The translations under genes were made by a program, and so were the position numbers. From NCBI RefSeq assembly GCF_009914755.1, contig NC_060926.1: a stretch of DNA of 64,000 nucleotides; one strand, 5' to 3'. Under the pieces are notes generated by a model. It was given only the letters and a program-made list of their open reading frames with translations, did not search any database and had not been told where the DNA came from. How positions within the stretch are numbered: the first letter of the stretch is position 1; every line of letters starts with the position of its first letter. This document shows, piece by piece, positions 34,301-46,300 of the stretch. The DNA is from the human T2T-CHM13v2.0 reference genome, Homo sapiens.

Positions 34301-37300
34301 AGCAGCATTCCCAGAAACTTCTTTGTGATGTTTGCATTCAAGTCACAGAGTTGAACATTCCCTTTCATAGAGCAGGTTTGAAACACTCTTTTTGTAGTAT
34401 CTGGATGTGGACATTTGGAGCGCTTTCAGGCCTATGGTGAAAAAGGAAATATCTTCCTCTGAAAACTAGACAGAAGCATTCTCAGAAACTTATTTGTGAT
34501 GTGCGCCCTCAACTAACAGTGTTGAAGCTTTCTTTTCATAGAGCAGTTTTGAAAAACTCTTTTTGTGGAATCTGCAAGTGGATATTTGTCTAGCTTTGAG
34601 GATTTCGTTGGAAACGTGATTACATATAAAAAGCAGACAGCAGCATTCCCAGAAACTTCTTTGTGATGTTTGCATTCAAGTCACAGAGTTGAACATTCCC
34701 TTTCATAGAGCAGGTTTGAAACACTCTTTTTGTAGTATCTGGATGTGGACATTTGGAGCGCTTTCAGGCCTGTGGTGAAAAAGGAAATATCTTCCCCTGA
34801 AAACTAGACAGAAGCATTCTCAGAATCTTATTTGTGATGTGCGCCCTCAACTAACAGTGTTGAAGCTTTCTTTTGATAGAGCAGTTTTGAAACACTCTTT
34901 TTCTAAAATCTGCAAGAGGATATTTGGATAGCTTTGAGGATTTCGTTGGAAACGGGATTGTCTTCATATAAACTCTAGACAGAAGCATTCTCAGAAGCTT
35001 CATTGGGATGTTTCAATTGAAGTCACAGTGTTGAACAGTCCCTTTCATAGAGCAGGTTTGAAACACTCTTTTTGTAGTATCTGGAAGTGGACATTTGGAG
35101 AGATCTCAGGACTACGGTGAAAAAGGAAATAGCTTCCAATAAAAGCTAGATAGAAGCAATGTCAGAAACTTTTTCATGATGTGTCTACTCAGCTAACAGA
35201 GTTGAACCTTTCTTTTGAGAGAGCAGTTTTGAAACACTCTTTTTGTGGAATCTGCAAGTGGATATTTGTCTAGCTTTGAGGATTTCGTTGGAAACGGGAT
35301 TACATATAAAAAGCAGACAGCAGCATTCCCAGAAACTTCTTTGTGATGTTTGCATTCAAGTCACAGAGTTGAACATTCCCTTTCATAGAGCAGGTTTGAA
35401 ACACTCTTTTTGTAGTATCTGGATGTGGACATTTGGAGCGCTTTCAGGCCTATGGTGAAAAAGGAAATATCTTCCCCTGAAAACTAGACAGAAGCATTCT
35501 CAGAATCTTATTTGTGATGTGCGCCCTCAATTAACAGTGTTGAAGCTTTCTTTTGATAGAGCAGTTTTGAACCACTCTTTTTGTAAAATCTGCAAGAGGA
35601 TATTTGGATAGCTTTGAGGATTTCGTTGGAAACGGGATTGTCTTCATATAAACTCTAGACAGAAGCATTCTCAGAAGCCTCATTGGGATGTTTCAATTGA
35701 AGTCACAGTGTTGAACAGTCCCTTTCATAGAGCAGGTTTGAAACACTCTTTTTGTAGTATCTGGATGTGGACATTTGGAGCGCTTTCAGGCCTACGGTGA
35801 AAAAGGAAATATCTTCCCCTGAAAACTAGACAGAAGCATTCTCAGAAACTTATTTGTGATGTGCGCCCTCAACTAACAGTGTTGAAGCTTTCTTTTGATA
35901 GAGCAGTTTTGAAACACTCTTTTTGTGGAATCTGCAAGTGGATATTTGTCTAGCTTTGAGGATTTCGTTGGAAACGGGATTACATATAAAAAGCAGACAG
36001 CAGCATTCCCAGAAACTTCTTTGTGATGCTTGCATTCAAGTCACAGAGTTAAACATTCCCTTTCATAGAGCAGGTTTGAAACACTCTTTTTGTAGTATCT
36101 GGATGTGGACATTTGGAGCACTTTCAGGCCTATGGTGAAAAAGGAAATATCTTCCCCTGAAAACTAGACAGAAGCATTCTCAGAATCTTATTTGTGATGT
36201 GCGCCCTCAACTAACAGTGTTGAAGCTTTCTTTTGATAGAGCAGTTTTGAAACACTCTTTTTGTAAAATCTGCAAGAGGATATTTGGATAGCTTTGAGGA
36301 TTTCGTTGGAAACGGGATTGTCTTCATACAAAATCTAGACAGAAGCATTCGCAGAAGATTCATTGGAATGTTTCAATTGAAGTCACAGTTTTGAACAGTC
36401 CCTTTCATAGAGCAGGTTTGAAACACTCTTTTTGTAGTATCTGGAAGTGGACATTTGGAGCGCTCTCAGGACTATGGCGAAAAAGGAAATATCTTCCAAT
36501 AAAAGCTACATAGAAGCAATGTCAGAAACTTTTTCATGATGTATCTACTCAGCTAACAGAGTTGAACCTTTCTTTTGAGAGAGCAGTTTTGAAACACTCT
36601 TTTTGTGGAATCTGCAAGTGGATATTTGTCTAGCTTTGAGGATTTCGTTGGAAACGGGATTACATATAAAAAGCAGACAGCAGCATTCCCAGTATCTTCT
36701 TTGTGATGTTTCCATTCAAGTGACAGAGTTGAACATTCCCTTTCATAGAGCAGGTTTGAAACACTCTTTTTGTAGTATCTGGATGTGGACATTTGGAGCA
36801 CTTTCAGGCCTATGGTGAAAAAGGAAATATCTTCCCCTGAAAACTAGACAGAAGCATTCTCAGAATCTTATTTGTGATGTGCGCCCTCAACTAACAGTGT
36901 TGAAGCTTTCTTTTGATAGAGCACTTTTGAAACACTCCTTTTGTAAAATCTGCAAGAGGATATTTGGATAGCTTTGAGGATTTCGTTGGAAACGGGATTG
37001 TCTTCATATAAACTCTAGACAGAAGCATTCTCAGAAGCTTCATTGGGATGTTTCAATTGAAGTCACAGTGTTGAACAGTCCCTTTCATAGAGCAGGTTTG
37101 AAACACTCTTTTTGTAGTATCTGGATGTGGACATTTGGAGCGCTTTCAGGCCTATGGTGAAAAAGGAAATATCTTCCCCTGAAAACTAGACAGAAGCATT
37201 CTCAGAAACTTATTTGTGATGTGCGCCCTCAACTAACAGTGTTGAAGCTTTCTTTTGATAGAGCAGTTTTGAAACACTCTTTTTGTGGAATCTGCAAGTG

Positions 37301-40300
37301 GATATTTGTCTAGCTTTGAGGATTTCGTTGGAAACGGGATTACATATAAAAAGCAGACAGCAGCATTCCCAGAATCTTCTTTGTGATGTTTGCATTCAAG
37401 TCCCAGAGTTGAACATTCCGTTTCATGGAGCAGGTTTGAAACACTCTTTTTATAGTATCTGGATGTGGACATTTGGAGCGCTTTCAGGCCTATGGTGAAA
37501 AAGGAAATATCTTCTCCTGAAAACAAGACAGAAGCATTCTCAGAATCTTATTTGTGATGTGCGCCCTCAGCTAACAGTGTTGAAGCTTTCTTTTGATAGA
37601 GCAGTTTTGAAACACTCTTTTTGTAAAATCTGCAAGAGGATATTTGGATAGCTTTGAGGATTTCGTTGGAAACGGGATTGTCTTCATATAAACTCTAGAC
37701 AGAAGCATTCTCAGAAGCCTCATTGGGATGTTTCAATTGAAGTCACAGTGTTGAAAAGTCCCTTTCATAGAGCAGGTTTGAAACACTCTTTTTGTAGTAT
37801 CTGGAAGTGGACATTTGGAGCGCTCTCAGGACTACGGTGAAAAAGGAAATATCTTCCAATAAAAGCTACATAGAAGCAATGTCAGAAACTTTTTCATGAT
37901 GTATCTACTCAGCTAACAGAGTTGAAACTTTCTTTTTAGAGAGCAGTTTTGAAACACTCTTTTTGTGGAATCTGGAAGTGGATATTTGTCTAGCTTTGAG
38001 GATTTCGTTGGAAACGGGATTACATATAAAAAGCAGACAGCAGCATTCCCAGTAACTTCTTTGTGATGTTTGCATTCAAGTCACAGAGTTGAACATTCCT
38101 TCTCATAGAGCAGGTTTGAAACACTCTTTTTGTAGTATCTGGATGTGGACATTTGGAGCGCTTTCAGGCCTATGGTGAAAAAGGAAATATCTTCCCCTGA
38201 AAACTAGACAGAAGCATTCTCAGAATCTTATTTGTGATGTGCGCCCTCAACTAACAGTGTTGAAGCTTTCTTTTGATAGAGCAGTTTTGAAACACTCTTT
38301 TTGTAAAATCTGCAAGAGGATATTTGGATAGCTTTGAGGATTTCGTTGGAAACGGGATTGTCTTCATATAAACTCTAGACAGAAGCATTCACAGAAGCCT
38401 CATTCGGATGTTTCAATTGAAGTCACAGTGTTGAACAGTCCCTTTCATAGAGCAGGTTTGAAACACTCTTTTTGTAGTATCTGGATGTGGACATTTGGAG
38501 CGCTTTCAGGCCTATGGTGAAAAAGGAAATATCTTCCCCTGAAAACTAGACAGAAGCATTCTCAGAATCTTATTTGTGATGTGCGCCCTCAACTAACAGT
38601 GTTGAAGCTTTCTTTTGATAGAGTACTTTTGAAACACTCTTTTTGTAAAATCTGCAAGAGGATATTTGGATAGCTTTGAGGATTTCGTTGGAAACGGGAT
38701 TGTCTTCATATAAACTCTAGACAGAAGCATTCTCAGAAGCTTCATTGGGATGTTTCAATTGAAGTCACAGTGTTGAACAGTCCCTTTCATAGAGCAGGTT
38801 TGAAACACTCTTTTTGTAGTATCTGGATGTGGACATTTGGAGCGCTTTCAGGCCTATGGTGAAAAAGGAAATATCTTCCCCTGAAAACTAGACAGAAGCA
38901 TTCTCAGAAACTTATTTGTGATGTGCGCCCTCAACTAACAGTGTTGAAGCTTTCTTTTGATAGAGCAGTTTTGAAACACTCTTTTTGTGGAATCTGCAAG
39001 TGGATATTTGTCTAGCTTTGAGGATTTCGTTGGAAACGGGATTACATATAAAAAGCAGACAGCAGCATTCCCAGAATCTTCTTTGTGATGTTTGCATTCA
39101 AGTCCCAGAGTTGAACATTCCGTTTCATAGAGCAGGTTTGAAACACTCTTTTTATAGTATCTGGATGTGGACATTTGGAGCGCTTTCAGGCCTATGGTGA
39201 AAAAGGAAATATCTTCTCCTGAAAACAAGACAGAAGCATTCTCAGAATCTTATTTGTGATGTGCGCCCTCAGCTAACAGTGTTGAAGCTTTCTTTTGATA
39301 GAGCAGTTTTGAAACACTCTTTTTGTAAAATCTGCAAGAGGATATTTGGATAGCTTTGAGGATTTCGTTGGAAACGGGATTGTCTTCATATAAACTCTAG
39401 ACAGAAGCATTCTCAGAAGCTTCATTGGGATGTTTCAATTGAAGTCACAGTGTTGAACAGTCCCTTTCATAGAGCAGGTTTGAAACACTCTTTTTGTAGT
39501 ATCTGGAAGTGGACATTTGGAGAGATCTCAGGACTACGGTGAAAAAGGAAATAGCTTCCAATAAAAGCTAGATAGAAGCAATGTCAGAAACTTTTTCATG
39601 ATGTGTCTACTCAGCTAACAGAGTTGAACCTTTCTTTTGAGAGAGCAGTTTTGAAACACTCTTTTTGTGGAATCTGCAAGTGGATATTTGTCTAGCTTTG
39701 AGGATTTCGTTGGAAACGGGATTACATATAAAAAGCAGACAGCAGCATTCCCAGAAACTTCTTTGTGATGTTTGCATTCAAGTCACAGAGTTGAACATTC
39801 CCTTTCATAGAGCAGGTTTGAAACACTCTTTTTGTAGTATCTGGATGTGGACATTTGGAGCACTTTCAGGCCTATGGTGAAAAAGGAAATATCTTCCCCT
39901 GAAAACTAGACAGAAGCATTCTCAGAATCTTATTTGTGATGTGCGCCCTCAACTAACAGTGTTGAAGCTTTCTTTTGATAGAGCAGTTTTGAAACACTCT
40001 TTTTGTAAAATCTGCAAGAGGATATTTGGATAGCTTTGAGGATTTCGTTGGAAACGGGATTGTCTTCATATAAACTCTAGACAGAAGCATTCGCAGAAGA
40101 TTCATTGGAATGTTTCAATTGAAGTCACAGTTTTGAACAGTCCCTTTCATAGAGCAGGTTTGAAACACTCTTTTTGTAGTATCTGGAAGTGGACATTTGG
40201 AGCGCTCTCAGGACTATGGCGAAAAAGGAAATATCTTCCAATAAAAGCTACATAGAAGCAATGTCAGAAACTTTTTCATGATGTATCTACTCAGCTAACA

Positions 40301-43300
40301 GAGTTGAACCTTTCTTTTGAGAGAGCAGTTTTGAAACACTCTTTTTGTGGAATCTGCAAGTGGATATTTGTCTAGCTTTGAGGATTTCGTTGGAAACGGG
40401 ATTACATATAAAAAGCAGACAGCAGCATTCCCAGTAACTTCTTTGTGATGTTTCCATTCAAGTGACAGAGTTGAACATTCCCTTTCATAGAGCAGGTTTG
40501 AAACACTCTTTTTGTAGTATCTGGATGTGGACATTTGGAGCGCTTTCAGGCCTATGGTGAAAAAGGAAATATCTTCCCCTGAAAACTAGACAGAAGCATT
40601 CTCAGAATCTTATTTGTGATGTGCGCCCTCAACTAACAGTGTTGAAGCTTTCTTTTGATAGAGTACTTTTGAAACACTCTTTTTGTAAAATCTGCAAGAG
40701 GATATTTGGATAGCTTTGAGGATTTCGTTGGAAACGGGATTGTCTTCATATAAACTCTAGACAGAAGCATTCTCAGAAGCTTCATTGGGATGTTTCAATT
40801 GAAGTCACAGTGTTGAACAGTCCCTTTCATAGAGCAGGTTTGAAACACTCTTTTTGTAGTATCTGGATGTGGACATTTGGAGCGCTTTCAGGCCTACGGT
40901 GAAAAAGGAAATATCTTCCCCTGAAAACTAGACAGAAGCATTCTCAGAAACTTATTTGTGATGTGCGCCCTCAACTAACAGTGTTGAAGCTTTCTTTTGA
41001 TAGAGCAGTTTTGAAACACTCTTTTTGTGGAATCTGCAAGTGGATATTTGTCTAGCTTTGAGGATTTCGTTGGAAACGGGATTACATATAAAAAGCAGAC
41101 AGCAGCATTCCCAGAATCTTCTTTGTGATGTTTGCATTCAAGTCCCAGAGTTGAACATTCCGTTTCATAGAGCAGGTTTGAAACACTCTTTTTATAGTAT
41201 ATGGATGTGGACATTTGCAGCGCTTTCAGGCCTATGGTGAAAAAGGAAATATCTTCCCCTGAAAACTAGACAGAAGCATTCTCAGAATCTTATTTGTGAT
41301 GTGCGCCCTCAGCTAACAGTGTTGAAGCTTTCTTTTGATAGAGCAGTTTTGAAACAGTCTTTTTGTAAAATCTGCAAGAGGATATTTGGATAGCTTTGAG
41401 GATTTCATTGGAAACGGGATTTTCTTCATATAAACTCAAGACAGAAGCATTCTCAGAAGCTTCATTGGGATGATTCAATTGAAGTCACAGTGTTGAAAAG
41501 TCCCTTTCATAGAGCAGGTTTGAAACACTCTTTTTGTAGTATCTGGAAGTGGACATTTGGAGCGCTCTCAGGACTACGGTGAAAAAGGAAATATCTTCCA
41601 ATAAAAGCTACATAGAAGCAATGTCAGAAACTTTTTCATGATGTATCTACTCAGCTAACAGAGTTGAAACTTTCTTTTTAGAGAGCAGTTTTGAAACACT
41701 CTTTTTGTGGAATCTGGAAGTGCATATTTGTCTAGCTTTGAGGATTTCGTTGGAAACGGGATTACATATAAAAAGCAGACAGCAGCATTCCCAGTAACTT
41801 CTTTGTGATGTTTGCATTCAAGTCACAGAGTTGAACATTCCCTTTCATAGAGCAGGTTTGAAACACTCTTTTTGTAGTATCTGGATGTGGACATTTGGAG
41901 CGCTTTCAGCCCTATGGTGAAAAAGGGAATATCTTCCCCTGAAAACTAGACAGAAGCATTCTCAGAATCTTATTTGTGATGTGCGCCCTCAACTAACAGT
42001 GTTGAAGCTTTCTTTTGATAGAGCAGTTTTGAAACACTCTTTTTGTAAAATCTGCAAGAGGATATTTGGATAGCTTTGAGGATTTCGTTGGAAATGGGAT
42101 TGTCTTCATATAAACTCTAGACAGAAGCATTCTCAGAAGCCTCATTGGGATGTTTCAATTGAAGTCACAGTGTTGAACAGTCCCTTTCATAGAGCAGGTT
42201 TGAAACACTCTTTTTGTAGTATCTGGATGTGGACATTTGGAGCGCTTTCAGGCCTATGGTGAAAAAGGAAATATCTTCCTCTGAAAACTAGACAGAAGCA
42301 TTCTCAGAAACTTATTTGTGATGTGCGCAATCAACTAACAGTGTTGAAGCTTTCTTTTGATAGAGCAGTTTTGAAACACTCTTTTTGTGGAATCTGGAAG
42401 TGGATATTTGTCTAGCTTTGAGGATTTCGTTGGAAACGGGATTACATATAAAAAGCAGACAGCAGCATTCCCAGTAACTTCTTTGTGATGTTTGCATTCA
42501 AGTCACAGAGTTGAACATTCCCTTTCATAGAGCAGGTTTGAAACACTCTTTTTGTAGTATCTGGATGTGGACATTTGGAGCGCTTTCAGGCCTAAGGTGA
42601 AAAAGGAAATATCTTCCCCTGAAAACTAGACAGAAGCATTCTCAGAATCTTATTTGTGATGTGCGCCCTCAACTAACAGTGTTGAAACTTTCTTTTGATA
42701 GAGCAGTTTTGAAACACTCTTTTTGTAAAATCTGCAAGAGGATATTTCGATAGCTTTGAGGATTTCGTTGGAAACGGGATTGTCTTCATATAAACTCTAG
42801 ACAGAAGCATTCTCAGAAGCTTCATTGGGATGTTTCAATTGAAGTCACAGTGTTGAACAGTCCCTTTCATAGAGCAGGTTTGAAACACTCTTTTTGTAGT
42901 ATCTGGATGTGGACATTTGGAGCGCTTTCAGGCCTACGGTGAAAAAGGAAATATCTTCCCCTGAAAACTAGACAGAAGCATTCTCAGAAACTTATTTGTG
43001 ATGTGCGCCCTCAACTAACAGTGTTGAAGCTTTCTTTTGATAGAGCAGTTTTGAAACACTCTTTTTGTGGAATCTGCAAGTGGATATTTGTCTAGCTTTG
43101 AGGATTTCGTTGGAAACGGGATTACATATAAAAAGCACACAGCAGCATTCCCAGAATCTTCTTTGTGATGTTTGCATTCAAGTCCCAGAGTTGAACATTC
43201 CCTTTCATAGAGCAGGTTTGAAACACTCTTTTTATAGTATCTGGATGTGGACATTTGGAGCGCTTTCAGGCCTATGGTGAAAAAGGAAATATCTTCTCCT

Positions 43301-46300
43301 GAAAACTAGACAGAAGCATTCTCAGAATCTTATTTGTGATGTGCGCCCACAGCTAACAGTGTTGAAGCTTTCTTTTGATAGAGCAGTTTTGAAACAGTCT
43401 TTTTGTGAAATCTGCAAGAGGATATTTGGATAGCTTTGAGGATTTCATTGGAAACGGGATTCTCTTCATATAAACTCTAGACAGAAGCATTCTCAGAAGC
43501 TTCATTGGGATGTTTCAATTGAAGTCACAGTGTTGAACAGTCCCTTTCATAGAGCAGGTTTGAAACACTCTTTTTGTAGTATCTGGAAGTGGACATTTGG
43601 AGTGCTCTCAGGACTACGGTGAAAAAGGAAATATCTTCCAATAAAAGCTACATAGAAGCAATGTCAGAAACTTTTTCATGATGTATCTACTCAGCTAACA
43701 GAGTTGAAACTTTATTTTGAGAGAGCAGTTTTGAAACACTCTTTTTGTGGAATCTGGAAGTGGATATTTGTCTAGCTTTGAGGATTTCGTTGGAAACGGG
43801 ATTACATATAAAAAGCAGACAGCAGCATTCCCCGTAACTTCTTTGTGATGTTTGCATTCAAGTCACAGAGTTGAACATTCCCTCTCATAGAGCAGGTTTG
43901 AAACACTCTTTTTGTAGTATCTGGATGTGGACATTTGGAGCGCTTTCAGGCCTATGGTGAAAAAGGAAATATCTTCCCCTGAAAACTAGACAGAAGCATT
44001 CTCAGAATCTTATTTGTGATGTGCGCCCTCAACTAACAGTGTTGAAGCTTTCTTTTGATAGAGCAGTTTTGAAACACTCTTTTTGTAAAATCTGCAAGAG
44101 GATATTTGGATAGCTTTGAGGATTTCGTTGGAAACGGGATTGTCTTCATATAAACTCTAGACAGAAGCATTCACAGAAGCCTCATTGGGATGTTTCAATT
44201 GAAGTCACAGTGTTGAACAGTCCCTTTCATAGAGCAGGTTTGAAACACTCTTTTTGTAGTATCTGGATGTGGACATTTGGAGCGCTTTCAGGCCTATGGT
44301 GAAAAAGGAAATATCTTCCTCTGAAAACTAGACAGAAGCATTCTCAGAAACTTATTTGTGATGTGCGCCCTCAACTAACAGTGTTGAAGCTTTCTTTTCA
44401 TAGAGCAGTTTTGAAAAACTCTTTTTGTGGAATCTGCAAGTGGATATTTGTCTAGCTTTGAGGATTTCGTTGGAAACGTGATTACATATAAAAAGCAGAC
44501 AGCAGCATTCCCAGAAACTTCTTTGTGATGTTTGCATTCAAGTCACAGAGTTGAACATTCCCTTTCATAGAGCAGGTTTGAAACACTCTTTTTGTAGTAT
44601 CTGAATGTGGACATTTGGAGCGCTTTCAGGCCTATGGTGTAAAAGGAAATATCTTCCCCTGAAAACTAGACAGAAGCATTCTCAGAATCTTATTTGTGAT
44701 GTGCGCCCTCAACTAACAGTGTTGAAGCTTTCTTTTGATAGAGCAGTTTTGAAACACTCTTTTTCTAAAATCTGCAAGAGGATATTTGGATAGCTTTGAG
44801 GATTTCGTTGGAAACGGGATTGTCTTCATATAACCTCTAGACAGAAGCATTCTCAGAAGCTTCATTGGGATGTTTCAATTGAAGTCACAGTGTTGAACAG
44901 TCCCTTTCATAGAGCAGGTTTGAAACACTCTTTTTGTAGTATCTGGAAGTGGACATTTGGAGCGCTTTCAGGCCTATGGTGAAAAAGGAAATATCTTCCT
45001 CTGAAAACTAGACAGAAGCATTCTCAGAAACTTATTTGTGATGTGCGCCCTCAACTAACAGTGTTGAAGCTTTCTTTTGATAGAGCAGTTTTGAAACACT
45101 CTTTTTCTAAAATCTGCAAGAGGATATTTGTCTAGCTTTGAGGATTTCGTTGGAAACGGGATTACATATAAAAAGCAGACAGCAGCATTCCCAGAATCTT
45201 CTTTGTGATGTTTGCATTCAAGTCCCAGAGTTGAACATTCCGTTTCATAGAGCAGGTTTGAAACACTCTTTTTATAGTATCTGGATGTGGACATTTGGAG
45301 CGCTTTCAGGCCTATGGTGAAAAAGGAAATATCTTCTCCTGAAAACAAGACAGAAGCATTCTCAGAATCTTATTTGTGATGTGCGCCCTCAGCTAACAGT
45401 GTTGAAGCTTTCTTTTGATAGAGCAGTTTTGAAACAGTCTTTTTGTAAAATCTGCAAGAGGATATTTGGATAGCTTTGAGGATTTCATTGGAAACGGGAT
45501 TTGCTTCATATAAACTCAAGACAGAAGCATTCTCAGAAGCTTCATTGGGATGATTCAATTGAAGTCACAGTGTTGAAAAGTCCCTTTCATAGAGCAGGTT
45601 TGAAACACTCTTTTTGTAGTATCTGGAAGTGGACATTTGGAGCGCTCTCAGGACTACGGTGAAAAAGGAAATATCTTCCAATAAAAGCTACATAGAAGCA
45701 ATGTCAGAAACTTTTTCATGATGTATCTACTCAGCTAACAGAGTTGAAACTTTCTTTTTAGAGAGCAGTTTTGAAACACTCTTTTTGTGGAATCTGGAAG
45801 TGCATATTTGTCTAGCTTTGAGGATTTCGTTGGAAACGGGATTACATATAAAAAGCAGACAGCAGCATTCCCAGTAACTTCTTTGTGATGTTTGCATTCA
45901 AGTCACAGAGTTGAACATTCCCTTTCATAGAGCAGGTTTGAAACACTCTTTTTGTAGTATCTGGATGTGGACATTTGGAGCGCTTTCAGCCCTATGGTGA
46001 AAAAGGGAATATCTTCCCCTGAAAACTAGACAGAAGCATTCTCAGAATCTTATTTGTGATGTGCGCCCTCAACTAACAGTGTTGAAGCTTTCTTTTGATA
46101 GAGCAGTTTTGAAACACTCTTTTTGTAAAATCTGCAAGAGGATATTTGGATAGCTTTGAGGATTTCGTTGGAAACGGGATTGTCTTCATATAAACTCTAG
46201 ACAGAAGCATTCTCAGAAGCCTCATTGGGATGTTTCAATTGAAGTCACAGTGTTGAACAGTCCCTTTCATGGAGCAGGTTTGAAACACTCTTTTTGTAGT

